From positions 1-64,000 of IMG/VR virus record IMGVR_UViG_3300030108_002488: DNA of 64,000 bases. One strand, written 5' to 3'. The DNA comes from an uncultured virus (IMG/VR IMGVR_UViG_3300030108_002488). Taxonomy: Duplodnaviria > Heunggongvirae > Uroviricota > Caudoviricetes. The translations under genes and the position numbers were made by a program. This document shows, piece by piece, positions 18,169-28,673 of this stretch (positions are counted from its first letter, which is position 1; each line of letters opens with the position of its first letter). The notes under the pieces were generated by a model that was not told the origin of the DNA, made no database searches, and saw nothing but the letters and a program-made list of their open reading frames with translations.

Positions 18169-18425
18169 ATTGATTTTTTTTAAGTTCCGTACACATTTCC
18201 TGCTCGCATTCGCTCGGTTACGCCCTATTCGGGCGTTTATTGTAGCGTGCAACGACCCTTCGTTTCGGCCCGATGCCAACCGTATGAGTGGTAACTCATG
18301 GGGTCACGTTCTCTAAAAAATAATGTTATGTTGTGAGAGAGAGCGCCACTTCCTATAGCCCCTAATATAAACACAGCACATATTCACAACACCTTTTTGA
18401 TTATACGTATTTCACCACTGCCCTA

Positions 18426-18435
18426 NNNNNNNNNN
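18426..18435. other. Assembly gap (10 N)
   Basis: Run of n characters. Confidence 1.
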
Positions 18436-18839
18436 ATATACATTTTAGATGTAACAAGTATTGTAAGTATTAATTAAGTTTGTATAATGTATAGTTTTAA
18501 TTATTTATATTATTATATACAAACTAAGGGAGTACACTACAGAATGTACAACCATAAATATAAACATTGTACAAACTATTATCTTAACACAATTAACAAT
18601 AGGACGCAGTAACCTATGTAAGTAACATCTTACATTTATAATACATGATAAATACTTATATCACAGCACTCGTTGGGATACTTGTTATCTAGCGGGGCCT
18701 CTTTAATTCAAACTTTCTTCAACGTATCGGTACATGCAACTCTCAACCACCCGTTATTGATACGGTCATCCCCGCTGGATAACACTAACACATTATTATG
18801 TATCACAGAAGAACCTTTGATTTTTATTCAAAAAAGGCA

Positions 18840-18863
18840 TTCAGTATTTAAAGAAACACTATT
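18840..18863 (+). promoter_or_regulatory. Early promoter motif, copy 2
   Basis: TTCAGTATTTAAAGAAACACTATT; ATG at 18874. Confidence 0.75.
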
Positions 18864-18873
18864 TACTGAATCA

Positions 18874-19098
18874 ATGAAAACGAAAACCGAATTGATAAAT
18901 GAACTGAAGACCAACATTATTGGAATGATTCTTACACAGAAAGTACAAGAACTTCAAGCAGATTGTGGACCACTATGTGATTGTGTTACTTGCCTAAGAG
19001 CAAGAGAGAAACACGTTGCTTGGTGTGCATGCAACAAGTGTAATGCTGAGAGAAGAGAAAAGGGGATAGCAGAAATAGAAAATACAACGGAGGCATAA
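18874..19098 (+). CDS. Small Cys-rich protein (start revised from 18673)
   Basis: MKTKTELINELK...CDCVTC...CACNKC; ATG just downstream of the promoter motif. Confidence 0.6.
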   Translation: MKTKTELINELKTNIIGMILTQKVQELQADCGPLCDCVTCLRAREKHVAWCACNKCNAERREKGIAEIENTTEA

Positions 19099-19240
19099 AA
19101 ATGAAAAGAAGATACAAACGGAAAGATATGAACTATAGAAGACCATTGAACAAAAAGAATGTACACAGGGGATTAGCAAAGTCATCACCCAAGAAGATGA
19201 TGGGCTTGAGATTGTCTAGGATGTATGGGAGAGTGAACAA

Positions 19241-19549
19241 ATGAATTGTGGATATTGTGGTAAACATAAACCATCGTTCTCACAATGTGATTGCTTGGAG
19301 GAGGATGAGTGGGAAAACTTCCATGTAGTAAACACAAATGATACATCGACTTTTAGATTAGTGAGTTGGGATACTCCCGAACCAACAATAATAAAACTCA
19401 TGGAAAAATTAAGAGTAGACTTTCCTCATAAAGAATTTAGACTTCAACCACATAGTCCATATGGTTCTATAAAATGGATTCAATACAGAACACCTAACTT
19501 TTGGGGGATAAAAAGGGAGATGAATTTTTGGGGAGTGTGTGAAGAATGA
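19241..19549 (+). CDS. Hypothetical protein with N-terminal CxxC
   Basis: 102 aa ORF. Confidence 0.5.
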   Translation: MNCGYCGKHKPSFSQCDCLEEDEWENFHVVNTNDTSTFRLVSWDTPEPTIIKLMEKLRVDFPHKEFRLQPHSPYGSIKWIQYRTPNFWGIKREMNFWGVCEE

Positions 19550-19840
19550 TTGAAATGAAGAAGATATGGATATTTACAGACGAACACTATGAGGAACATG
19601 AGTTTGACGACCCTTATGAGATGATGGAGTATTTGTGGCAGTATTACATCTTAGACTACCATGATAATACTACTATTGGATGGAGGAAAGCAAAATGATA
19701 ACACACGAACTAATACTTTCAGCATGTGAAGAAATGTTTTACAGAATACCAACAATGTGTGTAGGGATATGTCACCCCGATTCTATAGAATGCTGTGATG
19801 AATGCTTACTACTAAATGGATTTGAAGTGGGGGTGAGTGA

Positions 19841-20146
19841 ATGAGAGATTCTTTCATACTAGAAAAACAATACACGAGAAATGAAAACAGTTTCGGTCAG
19901 GTAGGAGAAGCAAAGGTTGTCACTATGAAATACAATATATCGTTTAACGAAGAAAGGCAACGTGGTTCTTTCGAAGTGTATGATTTAGAAAGTGGTGGGA
20001 ATGAGTTCTATTCTGAAGGCGGGCTGTGGTTTAAAGAGAATGAACTTGTAGACTACGATGGTATATTCTGTTTACCTACACCTGTGTTAGATAAGTTAGA
20101 GGAATGGGGGCTGAATGTTTCAGATATGAGGGAGTCGTTGAAATGA
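19841..20146 (+). CDS. Hypothetical protein
   Basis: 101 aa ORF with GGGGTGA RBS; stop overlaps the helicase start. Confidence 0.6.
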   Translation: MRDSFILEKQYTRNENSFGQVGEAKVVTMKYNISFNEERQRGSFEVYDLESGGNEFYSEGGLWFKENELVDYDGIFCLPTPVLDKLEEWGLNVSDMRESLK

Positions 20147-22695
20147 TAACACAAGAACAAATGAAACAACTGATTGATATCTTTACGGCACATCATGTGG
20201 ATGATGTAGAGGATGAGATAGGCCCAAACAAACCTGATGCACCTTTCTTCAACAGGCTTGCTAAGTTAGATTCTATAGATGAAGTTCACTATCTTGAAGC
20301 GGCTGAAAGATTCTACAAGTATAAGAATACACAGATGCCTTACATGATGGATGTAATAGGTTTAGGACACATAGACATTGTTACCTTCCTTGATGGTATG
20401 AAAGCAATAGGTGAACTTGCTAAACAGAAACAAACAGTTAGGAATAAACTTACTTACCTATACTATAATATGTTTGATGGAGATACCTCATCTAGTAACA
20501 ACGAAAAGATTGCTGAGTTACTTAGGCAAGCAAAAGAATTAGGTTTCACTGATTACGAATTAGGTGAACTATTACTTGTTAGCAAGAGGGAATATGATGA
20601 ACGTAAGATTGAATTAGAAAGACGCATGACTATACGAGTAGAACAGTTTGAAGAAACATGGTATAGTAAAGATGACATCCATAACCGTTGGCCTAAGAAG
20701 TCTAAGAAGTTAGCATTGACTTTCCCTAAGAACATGGAATGTGTTACTGCTCTTAAGTCAGCACTTACTTACAAGTCAGGCTACCCTGCTATCAGATGGA
20801 ATGGTAGTGCTTGGGTTATCCCTAATCAAAGTGAGTACGTGAGTAAAGCAGTACCTATCTTCAAAGAGTTTGGATTCACTACGACAGAACTTGAGGCTAT
20901 TACTTTCGATGCTGTAACACAAGTACAAGGAGTATCAGCATCTATAGAAGGTGACACTGTAGTCCTACAATGGCCTTGGATTAGAGATGAAGAACTAAGA
21001 ACTAGAGTCATGAATATAGTAAGAGGAGTTATGGGAAGGAAGTGGAGTACTAAGCGTAAGGTATGGACTATCCCTGTATCACAAGCGGCTCATCTTCAAA
21101 CAAGATTAGTTGATGTGTATCCACCACTAGCAAAAGCAATCAGTGGTTTACCTAACTTAGAGTCTGTGCTTGAGAACACTGCTGAAACAATTGCTATATC
21201 ATCAGCGGCAGAGTTACATGATGAGAATAAAGTAAATGATATGCGTGAGAGATTATCAGAACAGTTTCCTGAGGGTCGTCAGTTATATCCCTTCCAATAT
21301 GTAGGTGTGAGGTTTGCTGAACTAACAGGTGGTCGATGTCTTATAGGTGATGACATGGGTATTGGTAAAACAATTCAAGCCATAGCATACACAGCACTAC
21401 ATCCTGAGAATCATCCTGTTCTAGTAGTGTGCCCATCTAATGTGAAGTACAATTGGTTAAAGGAATACAACACATGGCTTCCTGAATTAGATGCCGTTGT
21501 TGTTAAGAAAGGTAAGGAAGACATACCTGAGTGTGATGTAGTGATTATCAATTATGATTTGATGAATAAACAAAAGGAACAACTCATGAGTATGAACTTT
21601 AACATTGTAGTCTTTGATGAATCACATTACTTGAAGAACGCTAAGGCTCAAAGAACTCAAGCCTCTCTAGCATTAGGTGAGAAAAGTAAAGATGTCTTGT
21701 GTCTTAGTGGTACAGCAATTACTAACAGACCTATAGAATTCTACACCACGCTTAACTTAGTAAGACCTGCTGAGTTTAGTAACTTCTTTGCGTATGCTAA
21801 GAGATACTGTGATGCTCAACACAATGGTTGGGGTTGGGACTTCAATGGTTCATCTAATGAAAAGGAGTTACATGAGAGAACTCGTTCATGTGTAATCAGA
21901 AGATTGAAGAAAGAAGTTATGGATGAGTTACCTGATAAAGTTAGACAGATAGTTGATGTCTATCCTACATCTCCTGAGCGTAAGGAATACAATGATGTTA
22001 AGAGGCAATGGATAAATCAGTATCAGTTTCACAAAGCAAACGGTACATTACCTAAGGGCTTCGTATTGAATATGCTAACTGAACTTAGACATCATTGTGG
22101 TATACTAAAGATAACTGCGGCTAGTGAGTGGGTGAAAGAATATCACGATGTCACAGGTAAACCATTAGTAGTCTTTGCTCATCATCAAGATGTGATAGAA
22201 GCACTATGTGAGGAGTTACTTACTAATGGTAAGGATGAGAAGTCATTGAGGATAGCAAGGATTACAGGTAGTGTGTCAGCAGAAAGAAGACAAGAAAGAG
22301 TTGAGGCATTCCAAGCAGGTGAGATAGATGTTTTAGTTTGCTCTACAGTTGCCGCTAAGGAAGGACTGACTTTGACTAGAGCAGACACAGTAGTGTTCAT
22401 TGAACGTGAATGGACTCCTGCTTGGGAAGAGCAAGCAGAAGATAGAGTCAATCGTATTGGTCAAGAATCACAATCAGTACATGCTGTATATCTTTCAGTG
22501 GCAGGAACTATAGATGAAAGATTCAATGCAGTAGTAGAGGAAAAACGTAAGGTAGTACAAGCAGTGTTAGATGGTGGTGACATGGATGAGAGGAAAGGAA
22601 TAGCCAATGCATTACTACAAAGCATGGTTGATGCAGGTGACTTACCTGCTGACTTATTAAAGAAGGTGAAGAAAAACAAAAAAGGAGATGAATGA
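20143..22695 (+). CDS. SNF2-family (SMARCAL1/HARP-like) helicase
   Basis: LYPFQ, GDDMGIGKT, DESH, LSGT, GLTLT and QAEDRVNRIGQ motifs; ATG at 20143 overlaps the upstream stop. Confidence 0.9.
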   Translation: MITQEQMKQLIDIFTAHHVDDVEDEIGPNKPDAPFFNRLAKLDSIDEVHYLEAAERFYKYKNTQMPYMMDVIGLGHIDIVTFLDGMKAIGELAKQKQTVRNKLTYLYYNMFDGDTSSSNNEKIAELLRQAKELGFTDYELGELLLVSKREYDERKIELERRMTIRVEQFEETWYSKDDIHNRWPKKSKKLALTFPKNMECVTALKSALTYKSGYPAIRWNGSAWVIPNQSEYVSKAVPIFKEFGFTTTELEAITFDAVTQVQGVSASIEGDTVVLQWPWIRDEELRTRVMNIVRGVMGRKWSTKRKVWTIPVSQAAHLQTRLVDVYPPLAKAISGLPNLESVLENTAETIAISSAAELHDENKVNDMRERLSEQFPEGRQLYPFQYVGVRFAELTGGRCLIGDDMGIGKTIQAIAYTALHPENHPVLVVCPSNVKYNWLKEYNTWLPELDAVVVKKGKEDIPECDVVIINYDLMNKQKEQLMSMNFNIVVFDESHYLKNAKAQRTQASLALGEKSKDVLCLSGTAITNRPIEFYTTLNLVRPAEFSNFFAYAKRYCDAQHNGWGWDFNGSSNEKELHERTRSCVIRRLKKEVMDELPDKVRQIVDVYPTSPERKEYNDVKRQWINQYQFHKANGTLPKGFVLNMLTELRHHCGILKITAASEWVKEYHDVTGKPLVVFAHHQDVIEALCEELLTNGKDEKSLRIARITGSVSAERRQERVEAFQAGEIDVLVCSTVAAKEGLTLTRADTVVFIEREWTPAWEEQAEDRVNRIGQESQSVHAVYLSVAGTIDERFNAVVEEKRKVVQAVLDGGDMDERKGIANALLQSMVDAGDLPADLLKKVKKNKKGDE

Positions 22696-22931
22696 ATATG
22701 GCTGAAGAATATACATACAATAGAACATGGGATGAGATAGAAGAAATGCTAGACAATGCAGAACGTAAGCAACACTTCCACTCTATCAAGACAGGTGATA
22801 CCTCTCTTGGTAAGAAGGAAAGAATGTATCACGCAAGAGCATTCAAAGGATTGGAAGGAGTAATCAATGCATTACGTTGGACACTAGGAGATAGAAAGAT
22901 GTCAAGAAAGAAAGTACTAGGAGATGAGTAA
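22692..22931 (+). CDS. Hypothetical protein
   Basis: 79 aa coupled ORF. Confidence 0.55.
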   Translation: MNMAEEYTYNRTWDEIEEMLDNAERKQHFHSIKTGDTSLGKKERMYHARAFKGLEGVINALRWTLGDRKMSRKKVLGDE

Positions 22932-23152
22932 GATGATATGCATAGTAAAAGATTGCATGAACTTTACACATAGAGGTTTTAGGAAATGCTTGGAGTGTTT
23001 AAGAGGTAACACTCCTGATAAGAGAGGTGAAGAAGAATGAAACAATACAAATACGGATATTATAGATTGAAGAAAGAGAATGAAAAACTGAAAGAACAAG
23101 TGCAGGAACTACAAACGCAAGTGGATAGTTTCTATAGAAAGGAGGACTAAGA

Positions 23153-23557
23153 ATGAATTACGAAGAAGCAAAAAGATTAATGGATACGGCAAGGAATAAA
23201 GACAAGGGTAAACCTTTAGATAAAGCGAACACAAGATTGTATGAAGTAAATGATTCAACATACATACATCCTGTATATGAAATAAGATTACATGGTAACA
23301 CTATAATCAGATTGATTAATATTAACTCAGTAACACTATACGAGTTATCATCATGTGGTTGGAGAACTGTTACAACTAAAGAAAGATTGAATCAGTACAC
23401 TCCCTTTCGTGTGTATCAGAAAAATTGGGATTGGTTTGTAGAAATAGATATGTCAACATATGAGTTCATGGATAATATGATTGTGCATGAAATGACTGAC
23501 GGCCCTTATCATGTGTTCGTAAATGGTAAACGTATAGGTGGTACACGTAATGACTAG
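23153..23557 (+). CDS. Conserved viral hypothetical protein
   Basis: LHGNTI...GWRTVTTKERLN pattern; GGAGG RBS. Confidence 0.6.
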   Translation: MNYEEAKRLMDTARNKDKGKPLDKANTRLYEVNDSTYIHPVYEIRLHGNTIIRLININSVTLYELSSCGWRTVTTKERLNQYTPFRVYQKNWDWFVEIDMSTYEFMDNMIVHEMTDGPYHVFVNGKRIGGTRND

Positions 23558-23626
23558 GCATACACGTAACACATTATCACGAGATGATAGTCGCCTAATA
23601 ATACATGAGATGGTTGAAAATAGATA

Positions 23627-23650
23627 TTCAGTATTTAAAGAAACAGTATT
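23627..23650 (+). promoter_or_regulatory. Early promoter motif, copy 3
   Basis: TTCAGTATTTAAAGAAACAGTATT upstream of the dikinase-like gene. Confidence 0.75.
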
Positions 23651-23677
23651 AACTAAACCAAAAATGGAGGAAATGAA

Positions 23678-26014
23678 ATGATGACAATGGATGAAATAAA
23701 TAGTTCAGAAAGAATTGATAGAATAAAATCACAGAAAGCGAAAGCATTGTTCAAGCACATGCGGTTTCACGACTCGTTCTCTATACCTAGAGAGTGGGAT
23801 GTGCCTAGAATGTTTGTGTTACACACTGATGATTCAGATGACATCATCACAAGTGTGAGTGAATATATACAATTCCCTGTGTTTCTTAGGTCTTGCCCTG
23901 AAACACCTAGACATGGTGTGATAGAGTCAATCAAGTGTGATGATGAGCAATCTCTGTATGAGAATTTTGAGCAACTTAGTAACAAGATGAAGGAAGTTGA
24001 CCCTAATGGTTGTATGATTGCTATGCCTTTCATAAATGCAACATCTAGTGCGGTGATTGCACCTTCTGCTATTATCAAGAATGGTTATGAAGACGATGTA
24101 GGTTTCTATCATCCCGACAAGTGGTTCAATGGGTATGCTATCTTTGGTCCTGAACATGATGGTGTTACAGCAGGTCATGGTTTTCAATTAGGTTTTCCTT
24201 TAAGGACAAATGTAAATGACAATAAAATACTTACAGCCCTTTCGTTTGACCCTAAGGTACACGAATTAGAGTTTATATTCAAATCACAAGATAGGACTAA
24301 GTATGCTACAGATGGAGTACTAGGTTCATCAACACATTTTGAATGGAATAGAAAGTATCTCACACAGTACAGACATGCACCTGAGCACATAGAAATTACC
24401 TCGCCACCTCAAGGAGTTGATACTCAAGGTATGATTCCACAAGGTACAGTTGAGGTCAAAGAAGTGTGGGTTGCGGAAGGTTTAGAAGAAGTAGCGTGGT
24501 TAGAAGAAAACATCACTAAGGAGAAATGCCCCGAAGGTTTTGTAGTTCAGGAGACAGGTGGTAGTTTACTGTCACACATTTGTGCTCATTGTAGACAACA
24601 AGAGATTCCTTATGTAGTGGGTGAAGTGAGTGTCGGTGATACATGGAAAGAAGTCGCTATGGGTTGGGTAGTACTCGACCCCGATGGTGATTTTGAAGTA
24701 CAAGTATACAATCCATTGGCTTACAAAGACTACTTCTTAGAGGGTGTTAGACTAGGTAACAAGTATTGGACTAAACAACAAGGTTGGTTTGCTACATTCT
24801 TTCATCAATGGATGGCTTTACCATATGGTAAACCACAAGATGTAGCATTACTAGCAGGTGTGTTTACAGCATGGTTAACCAAAGCAGTATTAGCATTAGG
24901 CTTAGGTGAGATGAGGCACGCTCAATCAAGACAAAAGAATGCAAGTACAGCATTGTTTTCAACCATCACTGCTTGTATAGGTCAAGACCTATGGAGAGAA
25001 ATACATGGTACGTCACAACTGTCTAGTTCAAGAAGAGATTACTACGTTGCTATGGGTAAATTAGAGATTGATTGGGATGATGCGGCACTTATGTTTGATT
25101 ACCTTGCTAAAAATTATGCTACAGGTTGGAGTAAGTCTTACGGTGGTAAAGCATGGCAAGAGTCAATGTTAAGGGGTGCTAAACTAGCAAGAGCGTTGAG
25201 TATATTCGAGGTAGACTCCACTGATGACAACCTCAAAGTATTAATCGGTGCGGTTAACTCATGTGAAAATGCAGAGCATAACAATGGTTTCTTATTCAAC
25301 AAGTGGTTAAGTAAAGCGGCATTTGACTCAGCGACAAGTGGTTTCAATCCAAGAGATAACTTACAAAATATGTCACATACTTACGATATGGCTAGACAAT
25401 TCATTGATGACTCCTTTGATATCGGTATTCCTATGGTGAGTGGTGAACCACCAGTGAATGATTGGAAGCCTTTACTTGACTATGTAATGAAAAAGACTCC
25501 TAGTTATTGGAGAAAATCACCATTATCAATCAACAAGAATGCACCTGAAGTGCTACGTGATGTGGCGAAGAAATTATCACATGGTTGGAGACATCCTGAG
25601 AGAGGTTCACATAATGACCCACACAGTGATGACTTCATTACTTGTGGTGTAGATGGTTGTCCTACTTGTAATACACATCATCAATATCTGTCAGATAAAG
25701 AGATTATTGCTGAAGCACCGATTACATCTGAGTATGAAGGTTTAGAAAATTTGGTGATTGCCAAGCCTAAATTAGAAGTGTGGTTGGCAGGTACACAGTC
25801 ACATAATGTAACAGTGAAGGATAAGATTGATGCTATGGTGGCAGGTGAATGGGTTCCCGATGTGACGGAGTTCCATGCTCTATTCTCAAAGTTAGAGCAA
25901 ACAGATATAGAATACAATATGTATATGAGCAAACTATCCAAATGGCTCATTAAAAGTAAGGATGTACTTACAGAAGAATTTTGGATTAAATTAAAAGATA
26001 TGGAGAGTGAATGA
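23678..26014 (+). CDS. PEP-utilising/dikinase-like enzyme: ATP-grasp-like N-terminus, phosphohistidine swivel domain, unknown C-terminal domain
   Basis: FPVFLRSCP...GVIESI (PPDK/PEPS N-domain-like); ETGGSLLSHICAHCRQQEIPYVVG matches the swivel-domain GG..SH.....R...IP.VVG signature. Confidence 0.7.
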   Translation: MMTMDEINSSERIDRIKSQKAKALFKHMRFHDSFSIPREWDVPRMFVLHTDDSDDIITSVSEYIQFPVFLRSCPETPRHGVIESIKCDDEQSLYENFEQLSNKMKEVDPNGCMIAMPFINATSSAVIAPSAIIKNGYEDDVGFYHPDKWFNGYAIFGPEHDGVTAGHGFQLGFPLRTNVNDNKILTALSFDPKVHELEFIFKSQDRTKYATDGVLGSSTHFEWNRKYLTQYRHAPEHIEITSPPQGVDTQGMIPQGTVEVKEVWVAEGLEEVAWLEENITKEKCPEGFVVQETGGSLLSHICAHCRQQEIPYVVGEVSVGDTWKEVAMGWVVLDPDGDFEVQVYNPLAYKDYFLEGVRLGNKYWTKQQGWFATFFHQWMALPYGKPQDVALLAGVFTAWLTKAVLALGLGEMRHAQSRQKNASTALFSTITACIGQDLWREIHGTSQLSSSRRDYYVAMGKLEIDWDDAALMFDYLAKNYATGWSKSYGGKAWQESMLRGAKLARALSIFEVDSTDDNLKVLIGAVNSCENAEHNNGFLFNKWLSKAAFDSATSGFNPRDNLQNMSHTYDMARQFIDDSFDIGIPMVSGEPPVNDWKPLLDYVMKKTPSYWRKSPLSINKNAPEVLRDVAKKLSHGWRHPERGSHNDPHSDDFITCGVDGCPTCNTHHQYLSDKEIIAEAPITSEYEGLENLVIAKPKLEVWLAGTQSHNVTVKDKIDAMVAGEWVPDVTEFHALFSKLEQTDIEYNMYMSKLSKWLIKSKDVLTEEFWIKLKDMESE

Positions 26015-27161
26015 TATGGGTAAGAAGAAAAACAAGATAATAAACAACAAGTGGTCTAAGGTTGGTTGTCACACAGGCAACATCTTAGTCTTCAAAACAG
26101 ACGAAGGAATAGAAGTCTACGGCGGTGGTACGTCTAGGCAAGGTGGTTATGATTTGATGTCACCTCCACCTGAACTAGCGATTGGTCCTAGACAAGTGAT
26201 AGGTGGTTCATCTAGTACTAGCGTACCTGATGGGTTTACATGTGGTGATTACATCGCTAGTAGTGTACAGAAAATTGCTATCGACTTCCCTGACTTTGAC
26301 ATACCACAGGATATAGATAGAGAGTTTTGGGTCGCATTAGTATATGACATCAAGACCAAAGGTATCAAGAGAATATCCACACAGTGTGTCGGTGGTCATG
26401 GTAGGACGGGAGTTCAGTTAGCCATTCTATATCACATGTTAGTCGGTGGTGAGTATGCTGATGCCAATGCTTTGATTAAACATGTTAGAGGTTTGTATTG
26501 TCACCATGCAGTTGAGACAAAATCACAGCAACAATACGTAGCAGATGTATGTCAGATACCAATGGGAGAATCATTATTTGAAACAGCATCTAAATCAGTA
26601 TGGAGTCAACCTAGTAAGTCCTATTGGGAGGATTTTACTTACGGTAGTCTTGACCTACCAATAGATGATGAGGATGATATAGTAACAGAGGAAATATTTG
26701 TTACCGATACGGATATACCCAAAGACTTCGATTTATTAGCATGCACTGAATGTGGTCACTTTGAATGGTATGGGCCCGATGATATCTATCCAGCATCATG
26801 TCCTAAATGTGGTAGTGATGAATACCTTGATGTGACTGATACAATAGAAGACCCTACAGATACATGTGCTGGTAGTGGTATGGACTTCTCTTTCTTCGCT
26901 ATGAGTGAAGATAAGATAGGGTTGAGTAAGTATGCACTTGCTTTGGATGCTGGTAGGAATACGAGAAACTTAAGTGAGATTCAGTGTAATAAATGTAAGA
27001 AGTATTACGATGGGGCTTTTATGGATGAGAACATATGGACATGCATTGAGTGCATCAAGAACACAAAGAAGAAAAAGAAAGGAAAGAAAAAGAGTAAGAA
27101 GCAAATGACTCTAAAACAATTTGCTAAAAACAAAAACAAAAAATGGAGTGATAAAAGATGA
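26007..27161 (+). CDS. Protein-tyrosine/dual-specificity (CX5R) phosphatase with Zn ribbons
   Basis: WPD-like loop IDFPDFDIP, active site QCVGGHGRTG, AVETKSQQQY Q-loop, several CxxC pairs. Confidence 0.85.
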   Translation: MNDMGKKKNKIINNKWSKVGCHTGNILVFKTDEGIEVYGGGTSRQGGYDLMSPPPELAIGPRQVIGGSSSTSVPDGFTCGDYIASSVQKIAIDFPDFDIPQDIDREFWVALVYDIKTKGIKRISTQCVGGHGRTGVQLAILYHMLVGGEYADANALIKHVRGLYCHHAVETKSQQQYVADVCQIPMGESLFETASKSVWSQPSKSYWEDFTYGSLDLPIDDEDDIVTEEIFVTDTDIPKDFDLLACTECGHFEWYGPDDIYPASCPKCGSDEYLDVTDTIEDPTDTCAGSGMDFSFFAMSEDKIGLSKYALALDAGRNTRNLSEIQCNKCKKYYDGAFMDENIWTCIECIKNTKKKKKGKKKSKKQMTLKQFAKNKNKKWSDKR

Positions 27162-27607
27162 ATAAAAAATATGGAGAAAGAAGATTACAAGTAAGATGTG
27201 ATTATGACAAAAACAAAATACACATACAGGGCGTGGGTACGCCTACATTGACTGGTGACAACCCAATGTATCGTGAGTATGGCATGGCATTAGAATTACG
27301 TGCCCCACCTGAATTGACAGATTGGTTGCGTGAGCAGGAACCTACGAATCGTAGCCCTGCTAGCGGTTCTATATATTATGTACAAATGGCACTACACCAT
27401 TATGCTGTGAAAGACACTTATCAATTTATGATATTTGGTAGTAACTTGAATCACCCTGAGGGTGCGGTAATGGACATGGAGTTTGAGTCTCCCAATGTCC
27501 AAGCATTGATTAAGTTTGTAGAGTCACAAGAACCCTCAAAAAATATGCTTGTTGTGTTTAAGTCTGACATTGAACCTTATTCAAATCCTTGGGAGAGTGA
27601 TGAATAA
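27158..27607 (+). CDS. Hypothetical protein
   Basis: 149 aa coupled ORF. Confidence 0.55.
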   Translation: MNKKYGERRLQVRCDYDKNKIHIQGVGTPTLTGDNPMYREYGMALELRAPPELTDWLREQEPTNRSPASGSIYYVQMALHHYAVKDTYQFMIFGSNLNHPEGAVMDMEFESPNVQALIKFVESQEPSKNMLVVFKSDIEPYSNPWESDE

Positions 27608-27897
27608 TGGGTGAACACAAACATATGCTATGTCTTCCTAAAACACATATAGAATCATTAAGACAACAAGTGGAATTTATTATGTGGGTTAGGAAAACAC
27701 ACCCAAGCACTTACAACAAACTAAAGAAAGCACACGAAGGGGCGATGAAGAATGACGAACACTGATTTACCCCCATGGGTACGAACCGTTAGTATGAAAC
27801 GAAGCCAATTACTTAAGTATATTAGTAGTCAACTAAATGATTTAAGTTTTAATGAATTGAGATTTGTGGCTAAATTTATAGAAAGGAGGGAAGAAGA

Positions 27898-28482
27898 ATG
27901 ATTGATGATGCACCACAAATATACAAAGACATGTGTGATTACCTCGTGCCTTATGTGAATAAGTTAGACGGAGTGCCTATTCCATTTAAGACACTGGAAT
28001 ATCTAAACACTAGGAGAGATGCTTTATCAAATGCTTTTTGTCGTGCAGAAGATACAGCGGGTCAACACCTCACATGGTTACAATATCATTACTTGATGTC
28101 AAGAGAATCATCATTAGTTGATATGGTTGCTTGGGAAACATTGTACAAAGAACTTGGCGATGACTTAGACATCCCCATAGAAGTTTTTGAATGCCTAGAA
28201 ATATCATTGAGTGCCGACCCTATGAAGCCTATAATCAAACCATTGGGTCTAAAAGCACCACTACATGATAACAAAACTACACCCACGTATGTAGCGTTAG
28301 CACTTAAATTTGCAGAGGAAAAGGATTGGGATATTACGGAGTTGTATCCACCTGTATTAGGTTTAGAGATGGAGGATGTTAACATAATCAACGATTACTT
28401 GTACAACATGACGGGTATGGAAATGAATGTATTGAATGAACTAATGGGTAGCACTAAGGGATTAGAGGTGTGGTTAGCGTGA
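27898..28482 (+). CDS. Hypothetical protein
   Basis: 194 aa ORF with RBS. Confidence 0.55.
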   Translation: MIDDAPQIYKDMCDYLVPYVNKLDGVPIPFKTLEYLNTRRDALSNAFCRAEDTAGQHLTWLQYHYLMSRESSLVDMVAWETLYKELGDDLDIPIEVFECLEISLSADPMKPIIKPLGLKAPLHDNKTTPTYVALALKFAEEKDWDITELYPPVLGLEMEDVNIINDYLYNMTGMEMNVLNELMGSTKGLEVWLA

Positions 28483-28622
28483 TACAAGATGATAGTCCCC
28501 TGTTGGAGTGTGTAAAGATAATAGATGAAGGTGTGGGCGAGCCCATGCTTGAATCACCTGAGTTTGGTATACACATGGTTACGAAAGAATATGAGTGGAT
28601 ACGAGATGATGATATTTGATTA

Positions 28623-28646
28623 TTCAGTATTTAAAGAAACAGTATT
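28623..28646 (+). promoter_or_regulatory. Early promoter motif, copy 4
   Basis: TTCAGTATTTAAAGAAACAGTATT. Confidence 0.75.
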
Positions 28647-28673
28647 AATTAGAATAAAAAGGAGGAATAAAAA

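Noticed and set aside
18673..18873. 5' extension of the ORF listed as 18673..19098
   Set aside because: It spans the promoter motif at 18840; the ATG at 18874 is the more plausible start
23678..26014. Call as true PEP synthase or pyruvate phosphate dikinase (metabolic gene)
   Set aside because: No recognisable C-terminal PEP/pyruvate-binding barrel; only the nucleotide-binding and swivel parts match
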